Of a DNA stretch of 64,000 nucleotides, positions 20,110-31,151 are shown piece by piece. Origin of the DNA: Terriglobales bacterium (GTDB lineage Bacteria; Acidobacteriota; Terriglobia; Terriglobales; Acidobacteriaceae); NCBI GenBank assembly GCA_049582765.1, contig JBAUUQ010000024.1:8326-72325 (forward strand), in the 5' to 3' direction. The notes beneath the pieces are model-generated. The model saw only the letters and a list, made by a program, of their open reading frames with translations. It was not told the origin of the DNA and searched no databases. The translations under genes were made by a program, and so were the position numbers. How positions within the stretch are numbered: the first letter of the stretch is position 1; every line of letters starts with the position of its first letter.

Positions 20110-22128
20110 ATGGAAATTCTCGAAAAAATCCCGACATTCGTTACGGTAGGCGTTCTGGTTGTTATCTTCGCCTGCCTCAAGCGCCATGAGCGTTGCGCTC
20201 GACTTCAACTCTGGGCAGTAGGCTGGTTTCTGGTTTTCATCCATTTTCTGGCCCAACTTCTTGAACCTGCCGGCGGCAGGGTCAGCCCGTTCCTGCTGGC
20301 ACTCGATCTGGGTGCTCTGCAAGGGTCCGCGATCGCGTTCCTGGTTTCGGTTTCATCGGTAGCTGAGCATTATGCGAAGCGGACCGTGTTGCTGCTTGTC
20401 CTGGGAGTGCCATCAATCGCCTATGCGGTGCTGGATTGCTACGACGTGCGCGCCCGATGGCCATATATCGCGTGTTTGGCTGTGTGCTTCGGCGGCGGCA
20501 TAATCTTTTTCTCCTGGGTTCAGCGGCGAAGGTCGTCTTATCAGGCAATCGCAGTGCTGCTGTGCGCATCGGCGGCGGCGTGGGGGATGTGGGCCGCATT
20601 TCACAGCTCTTTTGATGAAGGCAGCACGGCGCTGCTGGGGATCGGCTTCGGATTGCCTGGTGTCTTTATTTGCCGGAACTACTGGAGGCCTTCGCCAGCG
20701 ACCCTCACCACCGCGGGCGGGTTCCTGTCCTGGGGTGCGGTGTTCCCGGTGGGAATGCTCATGGATCGGGTGGCTCCGCGTTTCATTGTTCCCGCGGAGC
20801 TGTGGAATGTTCCCAAGCTCTTTGTGGCTTTCGGGATGATTCTCGCCATTGTGGAAGAGAAGTCGGTGTCGATCGCCGGTATGCAGGACCGGGCGCAGGC
20901 GCTTAATCGTCAGCTGGAACGGTTCTCTGCAATTACTTCGCGCTTATTGAGCGGCGCAAAAGTGGAGGCTATGTGCCCGGAAGCCGCCGCCGCCATCACA
21001 GAGGTCAGCAATTTTGCGGTGGCCGCGATTTACCTGCAGGACGCCGAGCAGCGGCTGCGTCTTGCCGGGTCGAGTGGCCTGTCAGAAGAGCGTTTGCAAA
21101 CTCTGCAGAACAGGGCCTGCGAATGGAGTAATGACGATTTCAAGAATTTCTGTTCGCAAGCCCGCCGCATCGGGCAGAATTCTTTTCTGCTCTCGGATCC
21201 AACCGCCGAGGGCGCAGATCCAAATCAGCCCTGGCGCGATAGTGACGAGCTGTTGATTCCGCTGCGCGCTGCGCGCGGCGGATACCTCGGTTGCCTTACC
21301 CTGGCGGCTCCGCGTGACGCCGGCTTGATCAATGCCCGCGGACTTTCGCGGATCGAGTTGCTGGCTGGCGACCTGTCTGTGGCGATGGAACTAAAATCCT
21401 TACATCTCCAACTGGTGCGTTCCGAGAAGCTGGCCGCGCTGGGCCAGTTGGTCGCAGGCGTGGCACATGAGCTCAACAATCCGTTGACGGCGGTCATGGG
21501 GTATGGCGAGTTGATCGGCGATGTGGTTAAGTCCGAACGAACTCTCGATCACGTGACCAAGCTGGGTGCGGAAGCCCGCCGCATGAAGAAGATCATCGAC
21601 AATCTTCTCCGTTTTTCGCGGCAGGGCCCGCAGGGCAGAAACCGGGCCGACGTCGCTCCCGTGGTCCAGCAGGTGCTGGCGCTGCGCGAATATCACATGC
21701 GCACCCGCAATGTCCGGGTCGATGTAGAGCTGGAGGCGGATCTTGCAGCAGTGGTAATTGATGAAGACGAAATCAAGCAGATCCTGCTTAACCTGGTAAA
21801 CAATTCGACGGACGCGCTGGAGAGCCGGACAGACGAGAAGCGTATCGGGATCCGGGCCTACCAGACCGGCAAACGGGTCATTCTTGAAGTGGAGGACAGC
21901 GGTCCGGGATTCAGCGATTTGAACCGCGCACTCGATCCCTTCTACACCACCAAGCCAGTGGGCAAAGGCACCGGGCTGGGGTTGAGTATCTGTTACGGAA
22001 TCGTCCAGGAGCACGGCGGCGAAGTTCGCCTGGAGAATCTGCGTCCTCACGGCGCCCGAGTGACTATCGAATTGCCGGTTGCACAAGCTGAACCGCAGGC
22101 ACTCGCCGTCGCAGTTGCCCACGCCTAG
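20110..22128 (+). CDS. Membrane sensor histidine kinase (multi-TM N-terminus, GAF-like region, HisKA, HATPase_c)
   Basis: H-box AHELNNPLTAVMGY, N-box LLNLVNNSTDAL, G1 EDSGPGF, G2 GKGTGLGLS. No response regulator gene is adjacent. Confidence 0.9.
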   Translation: MEILEKIPTFVTVGVLVVIFACLKRHERCARLQLWAVGWFLVFIHFLAQLLEPAGGRVSPFLLALDLGALQGSAIAFLVSVSSVAEHYAKRTVLLLVLGVPSIAYAVLDCYDVRARWPYIACLAVCFGGGIIFFSWVQRRRSSYQAIAVLLCASAAAWGMWAAFHSSFDEGSTALLGIGFGLPGVFICRNYWRPSPATLTTAGGFLSWGAVFPVGMLMDRVAPRFIVPAELWNVPKLFVAFGMILAIVEEKSVSIAGMQDRAQALNRQLERFSAITSRLLSGAKVEAMCPEAAAAITEVSNFAVAAIYLQDAEQRLRLAGSSGLSEERLQTLQNRACEWSNDDFKNFCSQARRIGQNSFLLSDPTAEGADPNQPWRDSDELLIPLRAARGGYLGCLTLAAPRDAGLINARGLSRIELLAGDLSVAMELKSLHLQLVRSEKLAALGQLVAGVAHELNNPLTAVMGYGELIGDVVKSERTLDHVTKLGAEARRMKKIIDNLLRFSRQGPQGRNRADVAPVVQQVLALREYHMRTRNVRVDVELEADLAAVVIDEDEIKQILLNLVNNSTDALESRTDEKRIGIRAYQTGKRVILEVEDSGPGFSDLNRALDPFYTTKPVGKGTGLGLSICYGIVQEHGGEVRLENLRPHGARVTIELPVAQAEPQALAVAVAHA

Positions 22129-22371
22129 CCACAGCACTATCCTTCGCGCCTCTGAAGTACCGTCCTTACACGGGCGAGGACGCCCCCACCAACATGCCCA
22201 CGTCATCGGTTCGCCGACGTTGCGCCCCTTTTCGTGCCGGGTGTAGCATTCCGGCATCTCCAAGAACTGAATCTGGAGGGAGCGAAAAGCATCGAAAGCA
22301 CACAGGGATAGGGTATGCTGGAGCCGGCTTTTCCGCCGCTCGCGACCACCCCAGAAGGAATAAAACTGACT

Positions 22372-23343
22372 ATGAATATTGCCAAGGACATCACTGAGCT
22401 GATTGGTCACACGCCGCTGGTGCGGCTGAACAAGGTCACCGAAGGTTGCTTCGCGGAAGTAGCGGCCAAGATGGAGAGCCGAAACCCCTGCGCCAGCGTA
22501 AAGGATCGCATTGGCGTTAGCATGATTACCGAGGCTCAGCGGGCGGGCAAGATTCAACCCGGCAAGACAGTGTTGATTGAGCCCACCAGCGGCAATACCG
22601 GGATCGGTCTGGCTTTCGTGGCGGCGGTGAAGGGATACAGGCTCATCCTGACCATGCCGGAAACCATGAGCCTGGAGCGGCGCGTGCTGCTGCTGGCGTT
22701 TGGTGCTGAGATTGTTCTTACTCCGGGTCCCAAGGGAATGAAGGGCGCCATCGCCAAGGCGGAGGAATTGCTGGCCAGCACCCCCAACGGCTACATGCTT
22801 CAGCAATTCGACAACCCCGCCAACCCCAAAATTCACTTTGAAACCACCGGTCCCGAAATTTGGAATGACACCGACGGACGGGTGGACATTCTGATCTCGG
22901 GCGTAGGCACTGGTGGGACGATTACCGGGGTTTGCCAATACATCAAGCCGAAGAAACCGTCGTTCAAAGCCATCGCCGTTGAACCGGCGGACAGCCCGGT
23001 GCTTTCCGGCGGCAAGCCTTCGTCTCATAAGATTCAGGGCATCGGCGCTGGATTTGTGCCCAACATTCTGCGCCGGGACTACATCGATGAGGTGATCACC
23101 GTGACCAACGATGAGGCCATCACCATGGCGCGGCGCCTTGCCAAAGAAGAGGGCATCCTGGTGGGCATCTCGTCGGGAGCTGCCGTGGCGGCGGCTTTGA
23201 AGGCCGCAAGCCGGAAAGAAAACGCGGGCAAACTGATCGTAGTAGTCCTGCCGGATTTCGGCGAGCGCTACCTGACCAGTATTCTATTTGACGGGTTACG
23301 GAACGACGCGCTGCAGATTCCTACCGCGGTGCTGGCCGCCTGA
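22372..23343 (+). CDS. cysK: Cysteine synthase A (O-acetylserine sulfhydrylase)
   Basis: ORF 22315..23343 trimmed to ATG 22372 ([20 protein letters not shown]). PLP-lysine block [19 protein letters not shown] loop. Confidence 0.93.
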   Translation: MNIAKDITELIGHTPLVRLNKVTEGCFAEVAAKMESRNPCASVKDRIGVSMITEAQRAGKIQPGKTVLIEPTSGNTGIGLAFVAAVKGYRLILTMPETMSLERRVLLLAFGAEIVLTPGPKGMKGAIAKAEELLASTPNGYMLQQFDNPANPKIHFETTGPEIWNDTDGRVDILISGVGTGGTITGVCQYIKPKKPSFKAIAVEPADSPVLSGGKPSSHKIQGIGAGFVPNILRRDYIDEVITVTNDEAITMARRLAKEEGILVGISSGAAVAAALKAASRKENAGKLIVVVLPDFGERYLTSILFDGLRNDALQIPTAVLAA

Positions 23344-23346
23344 TTC

Positions 23347-24057
23347 ATGCCCCATCTCCTCAGTTTAATTCGGGAAGACGTGGCCAGCGTCTTGGAACGC
23401 GATCCCGCTGCCAAGTCGCGTCTGGAAGTATTCCTGTGTTATGCCGGGCTGCACGCGGTGTGGTTCTACCGCATGAACCACTGGCTCTGGAATCATGGAT
23501 TGTTCCTGCTGGCACGATGGCTGTCGCAGGTGGCCCGCTTCTTGACGGGAATCGAAATCCACCCAGGCGCAAAAATCGGGAGACGCTTGTTCATTGACCA
23601 TGGGAATGGGGTGGTTATCGGTGAAACGGCTGTCGTTGGCGACGACGTCACCTTGTACCAGGGTGTGACTCTGGGCGGCACCGGCAAAGAACACGGCAAG
23701 CGCCATCCCACGATCGAAGACAACGTAGTGATCGGCGGCGGGGCGAAGGTTCTTGGCAACATCACGGTTGGGCGGAATTGCCGCATCGGCGCCGGTTCTG
23801 TGGTGCTACGAAATGTACCGGAAGATTCCACCGTGGTGGGGGTTCCCGGCCATATTATCTTCCGCGAGGGGAAGCGGGTCGTGATCACTGACCCCAAGCA
23901 GATCAATGATCCGCTCTCGGAGGCACTGGCCGCGGTAGCCGGCGAGGTAGCCAAGTTGCGCGAGCGAGTGCAGAAACTCGAAGGCTCCGACAGCGTGAAG
24001 GAACCGCTGTCCTCGTCCCTGCGGGGGATCATGGAAGAAATCGACTTCCAGATCTAG
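23347..24057 (+). CDS. cysE: Serine O-acetyltransferase
   Basis: SATase N-terminal helical region. Left-handed beta-helix hexapeptide repeats ([44 protein letters not shown]). Lies 3 nt downstream of cysK. Confidence 0.92.
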   Translation: MPHLLSLIREDVASVLERDPAAKSRLEVFLCYAGLHAVWFYRMNHWLWNHGLFLLARWLSQVARFLTGIEIHPGAKIGRRLFIDHGNGVVIGETAVVGDDVTLYQGVTLGGTGKEHGKRHPTIEDNVVIGGGAKVLGNITVGRNCRIGAGSVVLRNVPEDSTVVGVPGHIIFREGKRVVITDPKQINDPLSEALAAVAGEVAKLRERVQKLEGSDSVKEPLSSSLRGIMEEIDFQI

Positions 24058-24088
24058 AGGAGTGTGAGCGGTTCTTGCTGAGACCATG

Positions 24089-24112
24089 TGGGGCGGACAC
24101 TCCTGTCCGCCG
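24089..24112. repeat. REP-like GC hairpin (type A), possible cysE terminator
   Basis: GGCGGACA (24091-24098), loop CTCC, TGTCCGCC (24103-24110), about 30 nt after the cysE stop. A related imperfect copy is at 25882-25903. Confidence 0.5.
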
Positions 24113-24214
24113 CTGTTGGTGTTGGTCTTGGCTCTTTCTTGCGAAGCGGAGTCCCCAAAGCCGAGCACACTTTCGTGCATAGGCAGGATCGCGGCAAAAC
24201 CGTAATATAGGGAG

Positions 24215-25012
24215 ATGCCGACGCACTCGATTCTTGCTCCCAAGCCATACGTACTCGCAATATTCATTGCCAGCAGCGTTCTTTGTTGCGCTGCTCAAAC
24301 CCAAAGCGCTGCCCCGAGCAGCAGCCCAAAGCCGAAGACTCCGGCCACCGCGACTCACGCCAAGACAGCAGCTCCGGCAGCCCCCGTGCTCCAGACCCCG
24401 AAAGATAAACTCAGCTACGCAATCGGCGCAGACATGGCCGGCAGACTGAAGAGCCAATCGATCGACGTAGATCCGATATGGCTGTCCCGTGGGCTGAAGG
24501 ATGTTTTTGCCGGCACCAAACCGCTAATGACTCAAGACGAAGTGCATGCCGCGATCTTGGATTTGCAGAATCAGCTGCGGCAGAAGCAAATGGCGCTGAT
24601 GAAAGAATTAGGTGACAAAAATAAGAAAGAAGGCGACGCATTCCTGGCTGAGAACAAAGGCAAAGAAGGTGTCGTCACCTTACCCAGCGGTCTGCAATAC
24701 AAGATTCTGAAAGCCGGCGATGGAGAAAAGCCCAAAGCGACCGATACGGTGGTATGCAACTATCGCGGGACGCTCATCAGCGGTGAAGAGTTCGACAGTT
24801 CTTACAAACGCGGTCAACCGGTCACCTTTCCGGTCACTGGTGTCATCAAGGGCTGGACCGAGGCTCTGCAGTTGATGCCCATCGGGTCCAAGTGGCAGCT
24901 TTTCATTCCTCCTGACTTGGCGTACGGCGAGCGTGGGCACGGAAACGAGATAGCGCCCGAGTCTACGCTGGTTTTCGAGGTGGAGTTGATCTCCATTCAA
25001 CCGAAGCAGTAG
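24215..25012 (+). CDS. FKBP-type peptidyl-prolyl cis-trans isomerase (FkpA/Mip-like), secreted
   Basis: Signal peptide. Mip-type N-terminal dimerisation helix. C-terminal FKBP domain (VCNYRGTLISGEEFDSSY...GVIKGWTEAL...IPPDLAYGERG). Confidence 0.9.
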   Translation: MPTHSILAPKPYVLAIFIASSVLCCAAQTQSAAPSSSPKPKTPATATHAKTAAPAAPVLQTPKDKLSYAIGADMAGRLKSQSIDVDPIWLSRGLKDVFAGTKPLMTQDEVHAAILDLQNQLRQKQMALMKELGDKNKKEGDAFLAENKGKEGVVTLPSGLQYKILKAGDGEKPKATDTVVCNYRGTLISGEEFDSSYKRGQPVTFPVTGVIKGWTEALQLMPIGSKWQLFIPPDLAYGERGHGNEIAPESTLVFEVELISIQPKQ

Positions 25013-25065
25013 CAATCGAAGCAGGTCTAAGTTCTCATGCGCCGGTCGTCAAAATCACCGCCAGC

Positions 25066-25872
25066 CTACTGCGGCGTCCATTGCGCATGGGGCGTGAACA
25101 GACCATTCACAACGCAGATCTGGTAGGCGACGAAAATCCCGAATCCGAGACTAAGCAGACCCGACGCCAGGGCCAGCCGGTGGGAGAACTTCTGGCGACC
25201 TTTGCCCACCATGGTGAACGCGGAGGCGATGCTCATGGTGATCAGCATCATCCCCGCTATAGTGCCCACTCCAAAGATCAGCAAGTAAGCGATCGCCCAG
25301 TGGACGTTGCGGATGGTAGTCAAGACCAGCAAAGCCACAGCCGCTGAACCGGCCAATCCGTGGACGACACCCACCACGAACGGACGAAGATATTGATACA
25401 CGCCAACTCTTCCAAATACCCGGTCCAGCCAGGCCAGCGGCGTATGGCCGGGCGCGTGAGGATGGCCCTCGGGTTGGTGAGTGTGGGGATGGTTGTGGAT
25501 GTAATCTCCGTGGCTGTGGGAATGCGAGTGGACGACTCCCTCTTCGTGATTGTGGGTTGACCCGGCAGGCATCGAGCGCAGAAACCCAGCCACATTTATC
25601 AGTCCCAGGACAATCAGCATTACGGCGACGCACAACTCCATGCTGAGCCCGACCCGCGTAGGGATGACGAGATTAAAGAGAATAATTCCAGCGCCTACCA
25701 CAAAGATAGTGAGGGTGTGGCCAACCCCCCAGAATGCCCCGATCAGCGCGGCTCGCGTGCTTTTGCGCTGATTACTAACGATGGTGGTGACCGCGATGAC
25801 GTGGTCGGGGTCGGTGGCGTGGCGCATCCCGAGAAAAAAACCTACCGCGAGGATGGAGAGAAAACTGATCAT
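25066..25872 (-). CDS. NicO/NiCoT-family nickel/cobalt transporter with histidine-rich loop
   Basis: ORF 25066..26160 trimmed to ATG 25872. NiCoT TM2-type signature H-X4-D-H (RHATDPDH). Second block WGVGHT. Central loop with 14 His in about 37 residues (HNHEEGVVHSHSHSHGDYIHNHPHTHQPEGHPHAPGH). Confidence 0.85.
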   Translation of the reverse strand: MISFLSILAVGFFLGMRHATDPDHVIAVTTIVSNQRKSTRAALIGAFWGVGHTLTIFVVGAGIILFNLVIPTRVGLSMELCVAVMLIVLGLINVAGFLRSMPAGSTHNHEEGVVHSHSHSHGDYIHNHPHTHQPEGHPHAPGHTPLAWLDRVFGRVGVYQYLRPFVVGVVHGLAGSAAVALLVLTTIRNVHWAIAYLLIFGVGTIAGMMLITMSIASAFTMVGKGRQKFSHRLALASGLLSLGFGIFVAYQICVVNGLFTPHAQWTPQ

Positions 25873-25881
25873 GAAAGTGTA

Positions 25882-25903
25882 GGGCGGATAAGAGTGTCTG
25901 CCC
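25882..25903. repeat. Imperfect REP-like hairpin (type A relative)
   Basis: GGGCGGA / TCTGCCC arms (6 of 7 pair) with an 8-nt loop, between the MoaD-like stop and the NicO start. Confidence 0.4.
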
Positions 25904-25915
25904 CACAATTCTAAC

Positions 25916-26212
25916 TTACCCTCCTGCAATGGCCCCGATAACAATAAGCGGCTCTGCCCCCGACGCCACCGCATCGGGCAACAGCGCGTCCGGAGGTTCG
26001 TGGGACAGATCCTGCTCGCAGGCAAAGAACCGCAGAAACGGCCGGCGCTGTTGCGTGACGTGGTCGCGGATGGTCCCGCACAGCATTGGATAGCGGGCCT
26101 CGATCGCGTCGAGTACGGAGCGCTGTGTAACTGGACCCTCGACCTCAATCTCAACGTCACCGCTGAGACGCGCCAGCGTCCGCAGATGGGGCGGGAGTAT
26201 GACTCGAATCAC
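25916..26212 (-). CDS. MoaD/ThiS-family ubiquitin-like beta-grasp protein ending in Gly-Gly
   Basis: 98 aa from GTG 26212. The GTG overlaps the TGA of the upstream gene as GTGA. The sequence [14 protein letters not shown]...[10 protein letters not shown]...[11 protein letters not shown]-stop has the length, the hydrophobic beta1 and the C-terminal GG of MoaD/ThiS carriers. The longer 139-aa ORF version would overlap the upstream gene by 127 nt. Confidence 0.72.
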   Translation of the reverse strand: MIRVILPPHLRTLARLSGDVEIEVEGPVTQRSVLDAIEARYPMLCGTIRDHVTQQRRPFLRFFACEQDLSHEPPDALLPDAVASGAEPLIVIGAIAGG

Positions 26213-27390
26213 GGCAGCGTCTGCACCTCCACCGACAGCACCGCCGGCAGATCGCGGACAATCGGAGCCCAACTGTCCCCGGCATCCGCCGACGCGTACA
26301 CCTGCCCGCCGGTGGTACCGAAATAGACCCCGCACTCGTCGAGCGAGTCGACCGCCATGGCGTCGCGCAATACATTGACGTAACAGTTGCTTTGCGGCAG
26401 GCCCTTGGTCAGCGCCTCCCAGTCGTTCCCCCCGGTGCGGCTGCGGTATACGCGCAATTTGGCGTCGTGGACAAAATGCTCCGAGTCGCTCTTGATGGGG
26501 ACGACGTAAATCGTCTCCGGCTCGTGCGCGTGAACGTCGATCACGAACCCGAAGTCGGTGGGCAGGTTCCCGCTGACTTCATGCCACGAGTCGCCGCCAT
26601 TGTCGCTGCGCATGACGTCCCAGTGCTTTTGCATGAACAGCACACCCGGACGCGAGGGACTCATGGCAATGTGGTGAACACAGTGACCGACCTCGGCGTT
26701 TGGATCGGGAATATATTGCGAACGCAGGCCGCTGTTGATCGGCCGCCAGGTTTTACCGCCGTCATCGGTGCGGAAGGCTCCCGCCGCGGAGATGGCAATG
26801 AACATACGCTGCGGATTCTTGGGATCGAGAATGATGGTGTGCAGGCACATCCCTCCCGCGCCGGGTTGCCACTTGGGACCGGTCCCGTGGCCGCGCAACC
26901 CGGAGAGTTCCTGCCAGTTTTCGCCGCCGTCGGTAGAGCGAAACAGTCCAGCGTCCTCCACGCCTGCGTAAACTGTGTCCGGATCGGTGAGCGAGGGTTC
27001 GAAGTGCCAGACTCGCTTGAACTCCCAGGGATGCTGGGTGCCGTCGTACCACTGATGCGTGGTGAGCGGTTTACCGGTTTCAGGAGACGCGTCGTAAACG
27101 AACTTGTTGCTTGCGGACTTGGGTGGACCCGGGGCGGGCGGTTCTCCGGGGGGCGTTCCCGGCTGATGCCAGGTCTCGCCGCCATCGTCGGAGCGTTGAA
27201 TGATCTGTCCGAACCACCCACTCGTCTGCGACACATAAATGCGATTGGGATCTGCAAGTGATCCCTTCATGTGGTAAATCTCCCATCCAGAAAAATGCGG
27301 TCCGCTGATATCCCACTTTTCGCGCTTACCGTCGGAGGTCAATACGAATGCTCCCTTGCGCGTACCAACCAGAACCCGTACCTTGCTCAT
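26209..27390 (-). CDS. BNR/Asp-box repeat beta-propeller protein (sialidase/Ycf48-like fold), no signal peptide
   Basis: At least five Asp-boxes (SxDxGxTW): [44 protein letters not shown]. 393 aa. Confidence 0.85.
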   Translation of the reverse strand: MSKVRVLVGTRKGAFVLTSDGKREKWDISGPHFSGWEIYHMKGSLADPNRIYVSQTSGWFGQIIQRSDDGGETWHQPGTPPGEPPAPGPPKSASNKFVYDASPETGKPLTTHQWYDGTQHPWEFKRVWHFEPSLTDPDTVYAGVEDAGLFRSTDGGENWQELSGLRGHGTGPKWQPGAGGMCLHTIILDPKNPQRMFIAISAAGAFRTDDGGKTWRPINSGLRSQYIPDPNAEVGHCVHHIAMSPSRPGVLFMQKHWDVMRSDNGGDSWHEVSGNLPTDFGFVIDVHAHEPETIYVVPIKSDSEHFVHDAKLRVYRSRTGGNDWEALTKGLPQSNCYVNVLRDAMAVDSLDECGVYFGTTGGQVYASADAGDSWAPIVRDLPAVLSVEVQTLP

Positions 27391-27632
27391 GCCTCACTCC
27401 TTTCGTGTGACAGGTACCTGCTGATTAGACGTACGAAATGCTCCGTGGACAGCCACAGAGGTATTCCATGGTCCCAGAAACTTAAGAATACAGCTTCACA
27501 TGATTTGGAAAAGATTGGTACCCACCAGGCCACGATAGCCGAACCCAGGCATTTCCCCTACCATAGGGTCGAGACCACAGAGACGAGAAGAAATGCGGCT
27601 GCCCAATCCCAATTGGGCATCTCCACTTCCCC

Positions 27633-27821
27633 CTAACGTCCGACGCCTAGTTTACGCAGAAATGTCATCATCGGACACCAGTCGGTGATTCCGGACTGAA
27701 ATAGATTGAGGCCTACAAAAGCCGTGAAAAGGTACCAGTACGGGCTAACGTAGTGCCCGAGTGCCAGGGACAACAGAATCAAGGTGCCAGCGATCAAACG
27801 GAGCGCACGTTCCACGGTCAT
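27633..27821 (-). CDS. DUF2892 (YgaP-like) small two-TM membrane protein
   Basis: 62 aa. Typical RLIAG...LGLNLFQSGITDWCPM motif with a conserved Cys. 27 nt downstream of the RND gene. Confidence 0.8.
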   Translation of the reverse strand: MTVERALRLIAGTLILLSLALGHYVSPYWYLFTAFVGLNLFQSGITDWCPMMTFLRKLGVGR

Positions 27822-27848
27822 AGCAGTTCTCCTTCAAAACAAACTGTC

Positions 27849-30800
27849 CTACCCAATTTCGCATTGCGGTGTTTGGCATTCAGCAACATTCTCCGGTGAA
27901 TGCGGATGAATGGGTAGAAACGAGTTTTCTCTTTGAGAAAGGTAGTAAAGAATCGGCACCGCCATCCGCGACAGTACGGTAGACGCGACTTCCCCTGCCA
28001 TCAATGACAATGCCAAGCCCTGAAAAATCGGATCGAACAGAATCACGCTCGCTCCCACCACCACGGCGGCTGCGGTTAACAGCATTGGCCGGAAGCGTAC
28101 GGCACCCGCATCTACTACGGCATCCTCCAGCGACATTCCCTGAGAGCGGCGCAGTTCAATGAAGTCGACGAGAATGATCGAATTCCGAACAATGATACCG
28201 GCTCCGGCGATGAAGCCAATCATAGAGGTAGCTGTGAAAAATGCTCCCATCAGAGCGTGTGCGGGCAGAATGCCAACCAAGGTGAGAGGAATCGGTGCCA
28301 TGATGACCAGCGGCGTGATGAACGAACGAAACCAGCCCACTACCAGCACGTAGATCAAGACCAGGACAGCCGCAAACGCGAGCCCGAGGTCACGGAAGAC
28401 TTCCACCGTGATATGCCACTCACCGTCCCACTTCATGGAGAAGCGGTCGGTGCGCTCCGGCATGGTGGTGCCCTTGTATTGCTTCACGCCGTAGCCATCG
28501 GGCAACTTGATTTTGTCGATGGCCTCGCTCATCTTTATGATGGCGTATACAGGACTCTCTTCTCCGCCGGCCACATCTCCCGTAACGTAGACGACTGGCT
28601 GCAGATTCTTGCGATATACGCTGGTATCAATCGTCGTTTGTTGAAGGGTCGTTACTTCCTGCAGAGCGATTTGCCCACCGGCAGGCGTCGGCAGCATCAA
28701 GTTGCCAAGATCCTCGATCCCAGAGCGATCCGGGCGCGCCAGCCGTACTTCGATAGGAATGTCCTCGCGGGAATGAGGATCGTGGAGTAAACCTGCTTTG
28801 GCGCCACCGAGCCCCACCTGCAGAGTGCGCGTCACATCGGCGGGGGAGATGCCGTGCAGAGCTGCCTTGTCCAAATCCACTTTCATGTCGTACTTGGTTT
28901 GCGGGTCTTCGACGTACCAATCCACATCCACGACACCTGGCGTTTGCTGAAAGACCTTCTTGACTTGAGCGGCCAGTTCAATTTGCCCCTTATAGTCAGG
29001 CCCGTAAACTTCGGCGACCAGTGTTTGCAACACGGGCGGACCAGGCGGGACTTCGGCTACCTTGATACGCGCACCGAAGGGTGCGGCAATCTTGTCCAAC
29101 TCTGGCCGCAATCGTCGTGCGATCTCGTGGCTCTGGGCCTTGCGCTCGTGGCGCGAGAGCAGATTCACCTGGATATCAGCCTGATTGGGCTGACTGCGCA
29201 AGAAGTAATGGCGAACGAGGCCGTTGAAGTTGTAAGGTCCGGAGGTTCCGGCATAGATCTGATAATTGATAACCTCGGACTGCTGGCCGAGATACTGTCC
29301 CAAGGCTTGCGCCACGCGAGTCGTCTGTTCCAGTGGCGTGCCATCGGGCATGTCAATGATGACCTGGAACTCACTCTTGTTGTCGAAGGGGAGCATCTTG
29401 ACGCGTACCCACTTCAACGGAACGAATGCGACCGCCGCGAGCAGCAGGATTACGACGCCACCGAGAAATATCCAGCGGCGGCGTACGTCGCGGATGAGCG
29501 GGTTCATCATCCGGCGGTACAAACGAGTGGTCCAGCCTTCAGTCTCATGCCCGGACTGATCGCTACCGCCCGCATATTTCCTCAGCAGCCTCAATGCCGC
29601 CCACGGCGAAACTACGAAAGCAACAAGCAGCGAAAACAACATAGCCGCCGACGCACCCACCGGAATCGGGCGCATGTAGGGACCCATCAAGCCGCGCACG
29701 AAGGCCATGGGCAGAATTGCGCCGATTACTGCGAAAGTCGCAAGAATCGTAGGGTTGCCGACCTCATCAACCGCCTCGACCGCGACTTCCGATAAGGATC
29801 GCCCACGGCTTTCCGGCAACCGAAAATGACGAACGATGTTTTCCACCACAACGATGGCGTCGTCGACCAGGATGCCGATGGAGAAGATCAGAGCAAACAA
29901 TGTGACCCGGTTCAGCGTGTAGCCATACAGGTAGAAGACCGCGAGCGTGAGGGCCAGCGTGACCGGCACTGCCAGCAAAACCACTCCTGATTCCCGCCAT
30001 CCGAGGGCCAGCGCGATGAGCAAAGTGACCGACAAGGTTGCGATCAGCAGGTGTTTGAGTAGTTCGTCGGACTTGTCCTTCGCGGTCTCGCCGTAGTTGC
30101 GCGTGATCGTGATGTTCAGATCATTTGGAAGCACATAACCGCGCAGAGCGTTGACTTTGTCCAGCACACGTTCGGAAATGTCGGTGGCGTTCGTAGCTTT
30201 ACGCTTGGAAAGAGTGATGGTTACCGCGGGATATTCCGCGCCCGCTGTCTGTCCTGCGCCACCGCGAGCATTGGCAAACAGCACGTAGTTGGTTGCTTCG
30301 GCGGGGCCGTCCTCAAGCTTCTCGGCTACGTCACGCAAGTAGACGGGGCGCCCGGCGTGGACCCCGACCACGACCTGACGCAAATCATCGAGGCTCGTAA
30401 AGAAGGTGCCGGCTTCGACCTGAAACTCGCGATTGTCACGCGCAAAACTGCCGGCTTGACCGCGGTTGTTCGCGTTCTGGAGTTGTGCCACGATCGTGCC
30501 CGGCGTAAGCCCGTAAGCCGAGAGTCGTTGGGTGTCGAGCACTACTCGTATTTGCCTCGGCTGCCCCCCGATGATCTTGGTCTCAGAAACGTCGTTGAGC
30601 GGCTTCAGCGAGTTTTCCAGCTCACCCGCGATTCGCCGCAGACGATAAGAGTCATAGTCTTTTCCCCACAACGTCAGGGCCATGATCGGCACGTCGTCGA
30701 TCGAGCGGACCTTGATGATCGGTTGCGAGACCCCGGGCGGGATGCGATCAAAGTTGGAGTAGAGCTTGTTGTAGGTCTGTACGATCGCATCTTCTTCTTT

Positions 30801-31151
30801 GGCGCCAACGTAGAAACGCACAACCAGCAGGCTCATGCCGGGATGACTGATCGAGTAGATGTACTCGACACCCGGCACTTCGCGCAACAGCTTCTCCATG
30901 GGAAGGCTGACGCGCTGTGCCACCTCGTCCGCCGACGCACCCGGCATCTGCACAAAAACGTCGAGCATGGGTACGATGATCTGCGGCTCTTCTTCCCGTG
31001 GGGTCTTGAGGATGCTGAAGGCGCCAAGAAGTAGCGCAGCGACGATTACCAGCGGTGTCAGCTTCGAATCGATGAAACTGTGGGCAATGAGACCGGCGAG
31101 GCGCAAGCCTTTCGGTGGCTGTATCACCGAGTTGGATTTGCTATCAATCAT
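27849..31151 (-). CDS. RND superfamily efflux permease (AcrB/CzcA-like)
   Basis: 1100 aa. 12-TM/2-loop RND layout. Conserved N-terminal [21 protein letters not shown] and TM4 region [20 protein letters not shown]. Confidence 0.95.
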   Translation of the reverse strand: MIDSKSNSVIQPPKGLRLAGLIAHSFIDSKLTPLVIVAALLLGAFSILKTPREEEPQIIVPMLDVFVQMPGASADEVAQRVSLPMEKLLREVPGVEYIYSISHPGMSLLVVRFYVGAKEEDAIVQTYNKLYSNFDRIPPGVSQPIIKVRSIDDVPIMALTLWGKDYDSYRLRRIAGELENSLKPLNDVSETKIIGGQPRQIRVVLDTQRLSAYGLTPGTIVAQLQNANNRGQAGSFARDNREFQVEAGTFFTSLDDLRQVVVGVHAGRPVYLRDVAEKLEDGPAEATNYVLFANARGGAGQTAGAEYPAVTITLSKRKATNATDISERVLDKVNALRGYVLPNDLNITITRNYGETAKDKSDELLKHLLIATLSVTLLIALALGWRESGVVLLAVPVTLALTLAVFYLYGYTLNRVTLFALIFSIGILVDDAIVVVENIVRHFRLPESRGRSLSEVAVEAVDEVGNPTILATFAVIGAILPMAFVRGLMGPYMRPIPVGASAAMLFSLLVAFVVSPWAALRLLRKYAGGSDQSGHETEGWTTRLYRRMMNPLIRDVRRRWIFLGGVVILLLAAVAFVPLKWVRVKMLPFDNKSEFQVIIDMPDGTPLEQTTRVAQALGQYLGQQSEVINYQIYAGTSGPYNFNGLVRHYFLRSQPNQADIQVNLLSRHERKAQSHEIARRLRPELDKIAAPFGARIKVAEVPPGPPVLQTLVAEVYGPDYKGQIELAAQVKKVFQQTPGVVDVDWYVEDPQTKYDMKVDLDKAALHGISPADVTRTLQVGLGGAKAGLLHDPHSREDIPIEVRLARPDRSGIEDLGNLMLPTPAGGQIALQEVTTLQQTTIDTSVYRKNLQPVVYVTGDVAGGEESPVYAIIKMSEAIDKIKLPDGYGVKQYKGTTMPERTDRFSMKWDGEWHITVEVFRDLGLAFAAVLVLIYVLVVGWFRSFITPLVIMAPIPLTLVGILPAHALMGAFFTATSMIGFIAGAGIIVRNSIILVDFIELRRSQGMSLEDAVVDAGAVRFRPMLLTAAAVVVGASVILFDPIFQGLALSLMAGEVASTVLSRMAVPILYYLSQRENSFLPIHPHSPENVAECQTPQCEIG

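Noticed and set aside
21400-23028. 542-aa minus-strand ORF spanning the kinase 3' end, an intergenic gap and most of cysK
   Set aside because: It crosses an intergenic region and is antisense to two strongly supported genes. The translation is low-complexity. Chance open frame.
25916-26335. 139-aa version of the MoaD-like ORF and 364-aa version of the NicO ORF (25066..26160)
   Set aside because: The N-terminal extensions are Arg/Gly/Cys-rich, overlap the upstream genes or REP elements, and lack homology-like features. The internal starts (GTG 26212 in a GTGA overlap; ATG 25872) give family-typical lengths.
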